Below, piece by piece: positions 49,730-57,842 of a stretch of 64,000 bases of DNA. Under the pieces are notes generated by a model, which did not search any database, was not told the origin of the DNA, and saw only the letters and a list, made by a program, of their open reading frames with translations. Position 1 is the stretch's first letter. Each line of letters starts with the position of its first letter. Source of the stretch: an uncultured Haloferula sp. (GTDB lineage: Bacteria; Verrucomicrobiota; Verrucomicrobiia; Verrucomicrobiales; Akkermansiaceae); assembly GCA_965652295.1 (NCBI GenBank), contig CBFGTS010000013.1, positions 51,258 to 115,257 on the forward strand. The letters are read 5' to 3'. Position numbers and translations under genes: made by a program.

Positions 49730-49817
49730 AACAGCAGCAGATCACGGTCTTTCATCAATCAACGGGTTTCAAAAACAGCAGCAGATCACGGTCTTTCATC
49801 AATCAACGGGTTTCAAA
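49730..49817. repeat. perfect 44-bp tandem duplication
   Basis: AACAGCAGCAGATCACGGTCTTTCATCAATCAACGGGTTTCAAA at 49730-49773 and 49774-49817. Confidence 0.95.
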
Positions 49818-49833
49818 GCTTGGTTCAAAAAAC

Positions 49834-52794
49834 TCAAGGGGCCTCCAAGGGTGGCTCTGCCGGCGGACCGAAATAAGTCGGCTTCACCTCGCCGCGATGG
49901 ACGATCACCTTCTCCAAGACGACTCCCGGATCGACCATCCAGACCTTCACCGTATGCACTCCCGGATCATCGATCCGGTGAACCGAGTGAAGGCTGCGGG
50001 CATTGTCCCGCACCCAGTCGCCCCAGTTTCGGATCGCCGGGGCGCTGGGATGGGGGTTCTCCACTTCCTGGTCCTCGAAGGCATCAAGCACCCGGGGAGC
50101 CTCGTCATCGATCGAAACGGCCAAGCTCACCCCGCGCTCCGGCTGAAAGTTCAAGGTCGGTCCCGTCACCAGCTCCAGCCGGATCTCACCCGCCTCGGGA
50201 ACCAGAATCGGATACTCCAGGCGAGGTGAATTCCGGGGCGGCTTCACGCTCTCCGCCGTGACCGGAAAAACACTCATCCCCGATTTCCCCCGCCCATAGT
50301 CAGGGATGGCTTCCCATCGGACATCTCCCGCGGCGAACTTGGCCGTCGCGTCCTCCGCTGCGATCGCGAACGATCCCGTGAGCCCACCATACGCTTTCGC
50401 GCCCTCCCAACGGTCGGACCGGACCGCCTTCACATGCACCGGCACCGTTTCACCACCCGGTCGGGAAATGGAGATCGTCGCCCGGTTCTCTCCCTCAGGA
50501 ACGTGAGCCCAATCGATCGCCACACTCAGACACTGGTCCTGCTCCACCTCTCCGGCGTCCTCGCTAAGGCGGACCCACGGCTGATCTGCTTTCGCCTGGA
50601 AGCGAAAGCCCGCCCTGCCGCGGCGGAAGATCGTGATCTCCCGGACCTGGCGGTTGATCGAATCGAAGGGCGGCAGCGACGCCAGCTCGTCCGCTCCCGG
50701 CCAGGCGAGTTCGGAGCCCTCCACCGCCACACCCATGGCCGCGCCCGGCGGCACCTCGATCTCCACCACCTCCGGCATGATATCCCTCGGCGGCTCATTC
50801 CAGCTCGTGTAGCCGATCCGCGTCTGGGCCATCATGTGGTTCCACTTTCCATCATTCAGCCGATGATAGGCTTCCGAAAGCTCGCGGTTCCGCGCGAACA
50901 ACTCGTGAGCCCGCTCCGCCTCCCGATTCGTGCCCGCCCGTCCCTGGCTTGCGTGGAGCCGGTTGAGGCCCACTTGAATGTACAGCTCCACCACCGTCGC
51001 CGAGGCCTTGGTCGGGTAGAGCACCAGTTGGAAGAATGCATCGCGGAAATCTTCGGGAAGCTCCTCATGGATCCGTTCCGCTTTCTCCACAATCTCGCGC
51101 CAAGCTTTCAAAACCCTCTCGGCCTCGCGGTCATGCACCAGGCTGAACGTGGTCGGCTCCAACAACTCCGGCTTTCTCCAGCCGTTGTATTTCGCGTATC
51201 GGGAAACGATGTCGGCGATCTCCGCGGCATGCCCGGCACCGAATTCCCGCTCGGCCCATCGTTCCGTGAACTCCGCGATCTTCTCCTTCGGCAGGGCGTC
51301 CGGGTTCCAGGCCATCCGAAGGAAGAACTCGATCGGTAGCTCCATCGGCTTCAGGTCACCCACATTCACGATCCAGATACGATCCGCGCCGTACTTGTGG
51401 GCCAGATTCATCTGCTCCCAGATTTTCGGCAGCGGATTGGTATTGATCCAGCGATAGGAGCGTGGACCGCCGACGTAGTCGAAATGGTAATAGATGCCGG
51501 CCCCGCCGGATCTTCTGCGCTCCGCTTCCGTCGGCAAACGCCGGAGATTCCCCCAGTTGTCGTCGCACCACAGCAGCGTCACGTCGTCCGGCACCCGCAT
51601 CCCATGGTCGTAGTAATCGGACACCTCCTTGTAGAGCGCCCATACCTGCGGAACCTTCGCCACGTCGCGGTTCAAGTGCGTGGCGATCAGCTTCCGTTGG
51701 TCGGCCACGATCTCCTCCAGCAGCCTCGTGTTCGCCTGCATCTCACCGCCTTCCACCATCGGCTCGTCGCCGTCGCCCCGCATCCCCAGGGTGATGAGGT
51801 TCTCGTAATCCTTGTTCCGCTCCAGGCCGTCGCTCCAGAAGTCGTAAAGCCCCTTGCGGTTGGTGGCGTAGTTCCACTCGCCGTTTCCGATCTCCTCCTT
51901 GCGCTTCGTCCACTCCTTCTGCGCCCGCATCATCGGTTCATGGTGGGAGGTTCCCATGACGATACCGTACTCGTCCGCCACCTTCGGATTCAACGGATCG
52001 TCTTCATTGAACGCCTTCCCCCACATCGCCGGCCACAGGTAGTTGCCGCGCAGCCGGAGAATCAGCTCGAAGACGTAGGAATACATCTCCGAGTTGATCC
52101 CTCCGAACTTCTCACGCGCCCATCCTCCGAAGGCCGGCTCCTCGTCATTGATGAAAATCCCGCGATACTTCACCGCCGGCGGTCCCTGCATATATCTCCC
52201 CTTTTTGATCCAGACCACCTCCCGCGTTTTCACCGGTACATCCGCCCACCAGTGCCATGGGGAAACCCCGAGCTGCTCGCAGATTTCGTAGATCCCGTAC
52301 ATGGTGCCCCGCGGATCGCTGCCAGCCACCACCAATGCCTCGGAGATACCGGGTGCCGGATTCTTGAGGGTTACGATGGCGAACGACTCCCACTTCCCAT
52401 GAATCCCGTCCACATCCAGCGCTCCGGATTTCGCCAGACGGTCGATCAACCGGTGACGACCCAGCGTCCCGGCGATGACCATGGCGGGAACGTCGGGCAG
52501 ATGGTCCACCACCTGCTCCGGTCGACGCCCGGTGACCCGCTCAAGATCGTTCTGCAAGTCGCCCGCCACACGTAACACACCGGGATGGTCCTGGGAATCG
52601 AGCACCACCACAGCGGCGTTCGTTCCCACGGACAGGGGGAAATCCGACGGTGCCGGCTGGCCCGTCACAAAGTCGCCAACAAATCCAAGGCTGGGACTCG
52701 CCATTGCGGCCGAAGCCAGACCGCCTATGACCATCATGGCAAACACATGGGCCCGCTGGTGAGCCGTCGCCATTTGAAGAATCCGTCGTGTCAT
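49834..52794 (-). CDS. GH115 alpha-(4-O-methyl)-glucuronidase
   Basis: GVSPW.WWAD, YRGIFINDE, PAMW, GTSHHEPM, RGDGD, DDNWG, YYHFDYVG; start uncertain. Confidence 0.92.
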   Translation of the reverse strand: MTRRILQMATAHQRAHVFAMMVIGGLASAAMASPSLGFVGDFVTGQPAPSDFPLSVGTNAAVVVLDSQDHPGVLRVAGDLQNDLERVTGRRPEQVVDHLPDVPAMVIAGTLGRHRLIDRLAKSGALDVDGIHGKWESFAIVTLKNPAPGISEALVVAGSDPRGTMYGIYEICEQLGVSPWHWWADVPVKTREVVWIKKGRYMQGPPAVKYRGIFINDEEPAFGGWAREKFGGINSEMYSYVFELILRLRGNYLWPAMWGKAFNEDDPLNPKVADEYGIVMGTSHHEPMMRAQKEWTKRKEEIGNGEWNYATNRKGLYDFWSDGLERNKDYENLITLGMRGDGDEPMVEGGEMQANTRLLEEIVADQRKLIATHLNRDVAKVPQVWALYKEVSDYYDHGMRVPDDVTLLWCDDNWGNLRRLPTEAERRRSGGAGIYYHFDYVGGPRSYRWINTNPLPKIWEQMNLAHKYGADRIWIVNVGDLKPMELPIEFFLRMAWNPDALPKEKIAEFTERWAEREFGAGHAAEIADIVSRYAKYNGWRKPELLEPTTFSLVHDREAERVLKAWREIVEKAERIHEELPEDFRDAFFQLVLYPTKASATVVELYIQVGLNRLHASQGRAGTNREAERAHELFARNRELSEAYHRLNDGKWNHMMAQTRIGYTSWNEPPRDIMPEVVEIEVPPGAAMGVAVEGSELAWPGADELASLPPFDSINRQVREITIFRRGRAGFRFQAKADQPWVRLSEDAGEVEQDQCLSVAIDWAHVPEGENRATISISRPGGETVPVHVKAVRSDRWEGAKAYGGLTGSFAIAAEDATAKFAAGDVRWEAIPDYGRGKSGMSVFPVTAESVKPPRNSPRLEYPILVPEAGEIRLELVTGPTLNFQPERGVSLAVSIDDEAPRVLDAFEDQEVENPHPSAPAIRNWGDWVRDNARSLHSVHRIDDPGVHTVKVWMVDPGVVLEKVIVHRGEVKPTYFGPPAEPPLEAP

Positions 52795-52931
52795 GTCTCT
52801 TTCGGTGAAACCGGTTCCAAGGTCAGAAATCGCGGCGAACGGGAGGAGGCAAAACCCTGGCACCTCCACCCGTCGCCGCGAACCCCGGAAAAACTGTGAT
52901 CTCAATCGATGCCCTTCCGAGAGCAGGCCGA

Positions 52932-55900
52932 TCAAGGTTCAGGTTGGGTTCCTTCGAGACGTCCGAACAAGCGGCCCAATTCGTTCAGGCTCTTCGGGAG
53001 CCTGACGGTGACTGCATCATAATCCGAGCCGGAAGCACCCAGGTCCTCCCCGACAGTGACTTCGACCCCATCACCGTCCGTGGCACCCGTGGCTCCGATG
53101 ATCACGTCGTTCCAGATCCCAAGATCCGTGGACCACTGGAATGTCAGCACCGAATCCGATTCCGAAAGGTCATAACGTTCGAACGTAAGGATGAGATGGG
53201 TTTCATCCTCCGTCGTGGTCACCAGTGCTTCATCGAAGCTGAGTGGATCGCCGTTGAGCTGATATTCGAGGAGGTTGGGATATCCGTCGCTATCGGGATT
53301 GTCCTCCGCTCCGTCGTTCACTGCCGGGGTCAAGCCCGATGTAGCCGCCCATCCTTCGTATCCGACCACGGTGCCGATGAAGCTCAGCATGCCGGTGAGT
53401 TCGTCGAATTGGAAGTCGCCGCTGGCGTCGGTCCAGATCCGCTCGCCCACCACTCCCGCGTCTGCGGTGAAACCCGAGCCGGTCACCGTGAAGCCCGCGT
53501 CGTAGTTCACCAGTGAGGTGCTCACGATGTTCCACGTCGCTCCATTCGTGGGCGTCGTCGCCGACAGATCGATGTCGAGCGTGCCCGCGAGATTGATCGT
53601 GCCGATTCCGCCGATCGAGTTCGAAACGCCGGTCGCGCCGGGAGCGATGTGGTAAACGCTGCCTGCACCGGGACTCAAGGTCCCGTTCACCACCAGGCTC
53701 GCCGTGCTACCCAGGGTGATATCGCCCGAATACGGATTCGTCGCGCTGTCGAACTGGATCGCCGCCGGCCCCATCAGGTCCAACGCGCCCGCACCGGACA
53801 CCGGAGCGAGGAAGGCCACCGGACCATTCTGAGCCACAATCTCCGAAGCGGTCTGGAACTCGACGTTTCCTCCAAGGGTAACCAATCCCCCCGCATTGAC
53901 GATCTGAGCGATCCGGGGGATGGAAAACTCATCGGAAAAGACATAGTCCGCATTGAAGGTGCTGTTATCTCCCTTCAGGGACAGCTGCCCGGCAATCACC
54001 AACTTGGATCCGGCGAAGGTCTGGGATGTGGTGGCAACATCGGGCGTCCGAAGCACCAATCCGAACGGAACCAGATAGTTCTTGCCCGCCACCGGCGCGA
54101 CCGCATTCGCCCAATTGGTGCCCGCATTGAACGACGTTTGCCCGAAGCCATCCGTGGCCACCAGCAGGATGCCGTCGAAAAGCCCGTCACCGTTCGTGTC
54201 CCGGAAGTCGTTCCCGTCCGCGGGATCGGTTTGGTCAGCGAACTCGGAAGCATGATCGGCTCCGTCATTATCAAAGTCGTTCGAACCATTGAAACTCCGC
54301 CACAACGGGTTCTCCGGATTCGACCCGACACCGAGCACCGGCTCGAAGTAGGTGAACTCCCAGAAATCCGGAAGTTGATCACCATCCACATCCCGTCCCG
54401 AGAACTCATCCAAAGGATCGGAGCCGTTCTGGAACTCCTCAAGATCGATGTCGAAGTCCCCGTCCTGATTGGTGTCCACACCCCCATCGCGGAGCGTGGA
54501 GTCCGCCGTCGTCAGGTCGCCGAACAAGGCAAGTTCCCAGCCGTCGGAGATGCCGTCCCCGTCAAGGTCAGGGCTTGAATTCAAATCGGTGGGGTCGGTG
54601 CCTTCGGTTTCCTCAACCTCGTTGGACACGAAGTCTCCGTCGTAATCCTCCGATCCGATCTGCAGCAGGTTGTTGAAGAAGAGCATCTCCCACACGTCGT
54701 CCAGGTCGTCGTTGTCGACGTCGAGAGTGGTCGACGCGATGTCGTTCGGATTGCTTTCATCGATCAGCTCAAGGTCGTCGTCGTCGCCATCGTTATCCGT
54801 ATCCACACCCACGGCCGCGGTGGTCGTGTTGCCGAAACGGGCGAGTTCCCATTGATCCGGAAAGCCATCGTCATCAGCGTCCGTGCGGTCGATGTTCTCC
54901 GGACCGAGCAACTGGAAGAGTTCACGCTCGGTTTCCGTCAACGCTCCCTTCCAGATCCGAACCTCATCGTAGGAGGCGGATGCCGTCGCATCGGGCCACA
55001 TCGAGCGGCCCAAATAGCAAACGTTGTCGAGGAGAGCACGCAGGTCGGAACCCGAGTTGAACGTGCCTTTTCCACCATAGAGCGGATGACCGGCTGCCTG
55101 GCTGTCGCTGGCCGGGGCGGAGTACCATGTCACCGTGGCTCCCTGGGTGAGAATCCCATTGGTATAGATAGCCGGGACGATGGTCATGACGATGTGGTAG
55201 GGGATCGTCTCGACGTAGGGGGCATTGGTCCCGGCGACCGTGCCATTGCCACTCCATGCGACCTGATCGTCATTTATCTCGGTTCCGGTCGACCACGTCA
55301 TGCGCAGCGATCCATTGGCACCAGGGTCGCCATTGGCATCCGTGCCGAAGGCGAAAATCCGGCTCCAGTTCCCGACGAACTGCTGGGTCGCCCAAAGCTC
55401 GATCGTGACCGGCTTCACACCCCCGTCCTGCAGGTTGCTCAGCAGATGGCTTCCCAGGAGGATGTAGTCACTCGTGGCTTTGGCGCCGCCGTAGAGCTCG
55501 ATGCTCTCGGGATTCTGCACCGACGAGAGCCCCAGGGAACCCGCATCGTCGTTTTGAATCTGGGCGTCGCTGCCTCCCACCGAATCGGTGAGGTCACCAT
55601 TGAAACTCCAGCGATGGGCAAGAATGGCGTGCTCCGGCGTCCAGTTCGGATCCTGCGGATCCGAGCCGGCCAGGAATTCCGAAAGGTTGGAAAAGTCGTC
55701 CACATCCTCGTCATCCCCCGAATCATCCACTCCGACTTGCAAGCCTTGGGCGGTTTCCCATCCATCTGCCATGCCGTCCGGCTCGATGTCGGGCCATGAA
55801 GAGGCATTGGCAGGCAAGGTGCCGCCGTTGATTTCATCAATGTTCGAGCTGAAATCCCCGTCGAAATCCCCGTCCGGAAGCTGGTTCAGATTTCCAAAGG

Positions 55901-56834
55901 CAGCGACCTCGTCGTCATCGGACCATCCGTCCCCGTCGATATCTCCAGGAACCGAGACCGGATCGGTCGGGTTCGAGCCGGCGGTGAACTCCGCGAGATC
56001 CGTGTGGGTATCTCCGTCCCAGTCTCCGGAACCGTCACCGGATCCCGACGGAGATCCGATCGTCCCGTCGAGCTGGGTGAGTTCCGTGATATCGTCCCAG
56101 CCGAGTTCCCAGGCATCCAGCAGACCGTCACCATCCGAATCGGGATCGGCGGTCGTCGGAAAGGCCAGCGAAACCTCGCCCGTCGCCGAGCCATTGCTAT
56201 ACAGCCAGCCAAGCGTCTGGCTCCCCATGGCACCGGAATAGCCATAGCCATGCGCCAGTGCTCCTCCGCCCACGCCGCCGTTGATATCCAAAACCCCGAC
56301 ATTCATGCCCGAAATGATCGAACCCACGGCAGGCACGGTGCCGGCTCCTGTGCCGAAATTGATACCGGTGAAGTCGACCACGAACTTCGAGGCGCCGGTC
56401 GTGACGATCGTGGCCGCCGTCCCGGCATCCACCGAAGCCGCACCACCCGAGGTGTCGATACCCCCTAGCTCATAAACAAACAGGCCGGTGTTGGTCGCAT
56501 TGGTCCCTGCAATCGTATAGGTGATGGCGACCGAGGCAGGGGCCGGACTCGGGAGGAAGTAGCAGGCCGTCGTGGTCCGGTTGTCCGTGGCGGATTTCAC
56601 CGCCGCATTTCCGTTGAAGGTCACCACCGGAGAGGTGACCGAGTGGTCGTTGTAGATCCCCACGACGATGACGTTCGAACTCGCGGGATTCGTCAGATTG
56701 TAGGTGAACGTCGCGCTACCGGGGGTAGTGGAGGTGTTGGTCAGCAAACTCCCCGTGCCCATCACCTGGGCAGGAAGGGTGGAAGTGCCTGCCATGGAAC
56801 AAGCCACAGCGAGAACGATGGTTTTCAACTTCAT
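52932..56834 (-). CDS. 1300-aa secreted surface protein (novel N-domain, Asp-rich TSP3-like repeats, LamG, passenger-like region)
   Basis: signal peptide; about 15 D-x-D-x-D-G-like repeats; HRWSF..TIELW..YDEVRIW LamG; C-terminal STDL..W..FGRL domain. Confidence 0.85.
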   Translation of the reverse strand: MKLKTIVLAVACSMAGTSTLPAQVMGTGSLLTNTSTTPGSATFTYNLTNPASSNVIVVGIYNDHSVTSPVVTFNGNAAVKSATDNRTTTACYFLPSPAPASVAITYTIAGTNATNTGLFVYELGGIDTSGGAASVDAGTAATIVTTGASKFVVDFTGINFGTGAGTVPAVGSIISGMNVGVLDINGGVGGGALAHGYGYSGAMGSQTLGWLYSNGSATGEVSLAFPTTADPDSDGDGLLDAWELGWDDITELTQLDGTIGSPSGSGDGSGDWDGDTHTDLAEFTAGSNPTDPVSVPGDIDGDGWSDDDEVAAFGNLNQLPDGDFDGDFSSNIDEINGGTLPANASSWPDIEPDGMADGWETAQGLQVGVDDSGDDEDVDDFSNLSEFLAGSDPQDPNWTPEHAILAHRWSFNGDLTDSVGGSDAQIQNDDAGSLGLSSVQNPESIELYGGAKATSDYILLGSHLLSNLQDGGVKPVTIELWATQQFVGNWSRIFAFGTDANGDPGANGSLRMTWSTGTEINDDQVAWSGNGTVAGTNAPYVETIPYHIVMTIVPAIYTNGILTQGATVTWYSAPASDSQAAGHPLYGGKGTFNSGSDLRALLDNVCYLGRSMWPDATASASYDEVRIWKGALTETERELFQLLGPENIDRTDADDDGFPDQWELARFGNTTTAAVGVDTDNDGDDDDLELIDESNPNDIASTTLDVDNDDLDDVWEMLFFNNLLQIGSEDYDGDFVSNEVEETEGTDPTDLNSSPDLDGDGISDGWELALFGDLTTADSTLRDGGVDTNQDGDFDIDLEEFQNGSDPLDEFSGRDVDGDQLPDFWEFTYFEPVLGVGSNPENPLWRSFNGSNDFDNDGADHASEFADQTDPADGNDFRDTNGDGLFDGILLVATDGFGQTSFNAGTNWANAVAPVAGKNYLVPFGLVLRTPDVATTSQTFAGSKLVIAGQLSLKGDNSTFNADYVFSDEFSIPRIAQIVNAGGLVTLGGNVEFQTASEIVAQNGPVAFLAPVSGAGALDLMGPAAIQFDSATNPYSGDITLGSTASLVVNGTLSPGAGSVYHIAPGATGVSNSIGGIGTINLAGTLDIDLSATTPTNGATWNIVSTSLVNYDAGFTVTGSGFTADAGVVGERIWTDASGDFQFDELTGMLSFIGTVVGYEGWAATSGLTPAVNDGAEDNPDSDGYPNLLEYQLNGDPLSFDEALVTTTEDETHLILTFERYDLSESDSVLTFQWSTDLGIWNDVIIGATGATDGDGVEVTVGEDLGASGSDYDAVTVRLPKSLNELGRLFGRLEGTQPEP

Positions 56835-56973
56835 GGGTTTTCTGGGGTTTTTAGAAACTCTGAGCCACGTGTCCGTGAGGCATGAACCTCTTCGAGAGCG
56901 TCCGGATGAAGGAGCACGGTTTCCGAGCGTGCTGGAGTAGATGCTCCATCCCTCAGGGTGCCGTCAAGCTCAT

Positions 56974-56986
56974 ATTAATCGTTTCA
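56974..56986. promoter_or_regulatory. LacI-type operator
   Basis: ATTAATCGTTTCA upstream of the surface protein-GH115-SGNH unit. Confidence 0.65.
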
Positions 56987-57129
56987 TCGAAAGATCCGTC
57001 GGGCAATGCATTTCGCCTTCCGAGACCCTTCAATCCGGGCTCGTGAGAGGCTTGAGAGCCTCCCCCCGCAGCAAACCTCAATGACCACCTCTTTCGACTC
57101 CTCCTCCGGCGTCTACCGCGAGCCCATCG

Positions 57130-57480
57130 TCATTCCCGCCGTCTGGCGCACTGATCTCGACCGCTCCGAGCCGTGCGCCTAGCCGGATTTTGACGGCTAT
57201 TTTCCCGACGTCCGCCGGCTTCGCCTGACCACCCCGAGGCTCGCTGACGATCATCGTTCCCGATGAGGCCCCATTCTTCCGCGTCGGCACGCCCCGCTCT
57301 CCCGATTGGAAACTGATGTCGAAGATGGCCGTGACCTACCCTCCGGGGAACCTCGCCGTTCTGGGAGACATTCCGGCCATCGGCACCAAGTTCCAGACCG
57401 CGGGCCAGACCGGGCTCCAGACCACCACTCTCCTGGTCACCGCTCCCTATCCGGGAACCGTCTATCTCCGCTCGATCAGT
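57130..57480 (+). pseudogene. degraded C-terminal fragment of a GH2-type glycoside hydrolase
   Basis: reads EPCA*PDFDGYFPDVRRLRLTT (TAG at 57180-57182), frameshift near 57235, then YPPGNLAVLGDIPAIGTKF..GTVYLR; resembles GH2 C-termini as I recall them. Confidence 0.55.
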
Positions 57481-57732
57481 GAGCGTTCCCCCGGGAAAGC
57501 ATCTCTGCAATGGGGGGTGTTAAAACCACCACTTAGAGCGATGGACACGGGCTTCACGTCGCCTGCATTCTTCATGATGTCCCGGAGACCAGAGACCGAT
57601 CCAGGAATCATGACGAGCCGACCCAAATTCCGTTGTTTCACCGCCTGCCTCGCCGCCACGGCATCCGTGTTCGCCGGCGACAGCCCGTACTCCAGCTCGT
57701 CTGGCACGACGATCGCCTGCCAACGCAGGATC

Positions 57733-57745
57733 ATAGAACGTTTTA
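57733..57745. promoter_or_regulatory. LacI-type operator
   Basis: ATAGAACGTTTTA about 100 bp upstream of the Verru_Chthon-A-like gene. Confidence 0.6.
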
Positions 57746-57842
57746 TTTTCCCTTGCTTTGGCGGAAGGATCCAGCCCAAAGAATTAGCAATAGCCTGATC
57801 ATATTGCCCAACCCGCCCACGAAGTTCCATTTACCATAAACC

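Noticed and set aside
49730..49817. Possible CRISPR array or FNR box in the 44-bp repeat
   Set aside because: No spacer, only two copies, no cas genes; only the ATCAA half of an FNR site is present
52932..52950. 1300-aa protein ends in QPEP
   Set aside because: No hydrophobic helix or basic tail follows, so it is not a PEP-CTERM signal
57462..57830. Minus-strand ORF with faint FabD/acyltransferase resemblance (..VMIPGS..SGGFNTP)
   Set aside because: Similarity too weak to support by eye; overlaps an operator and the promoter region; needs BLASTx
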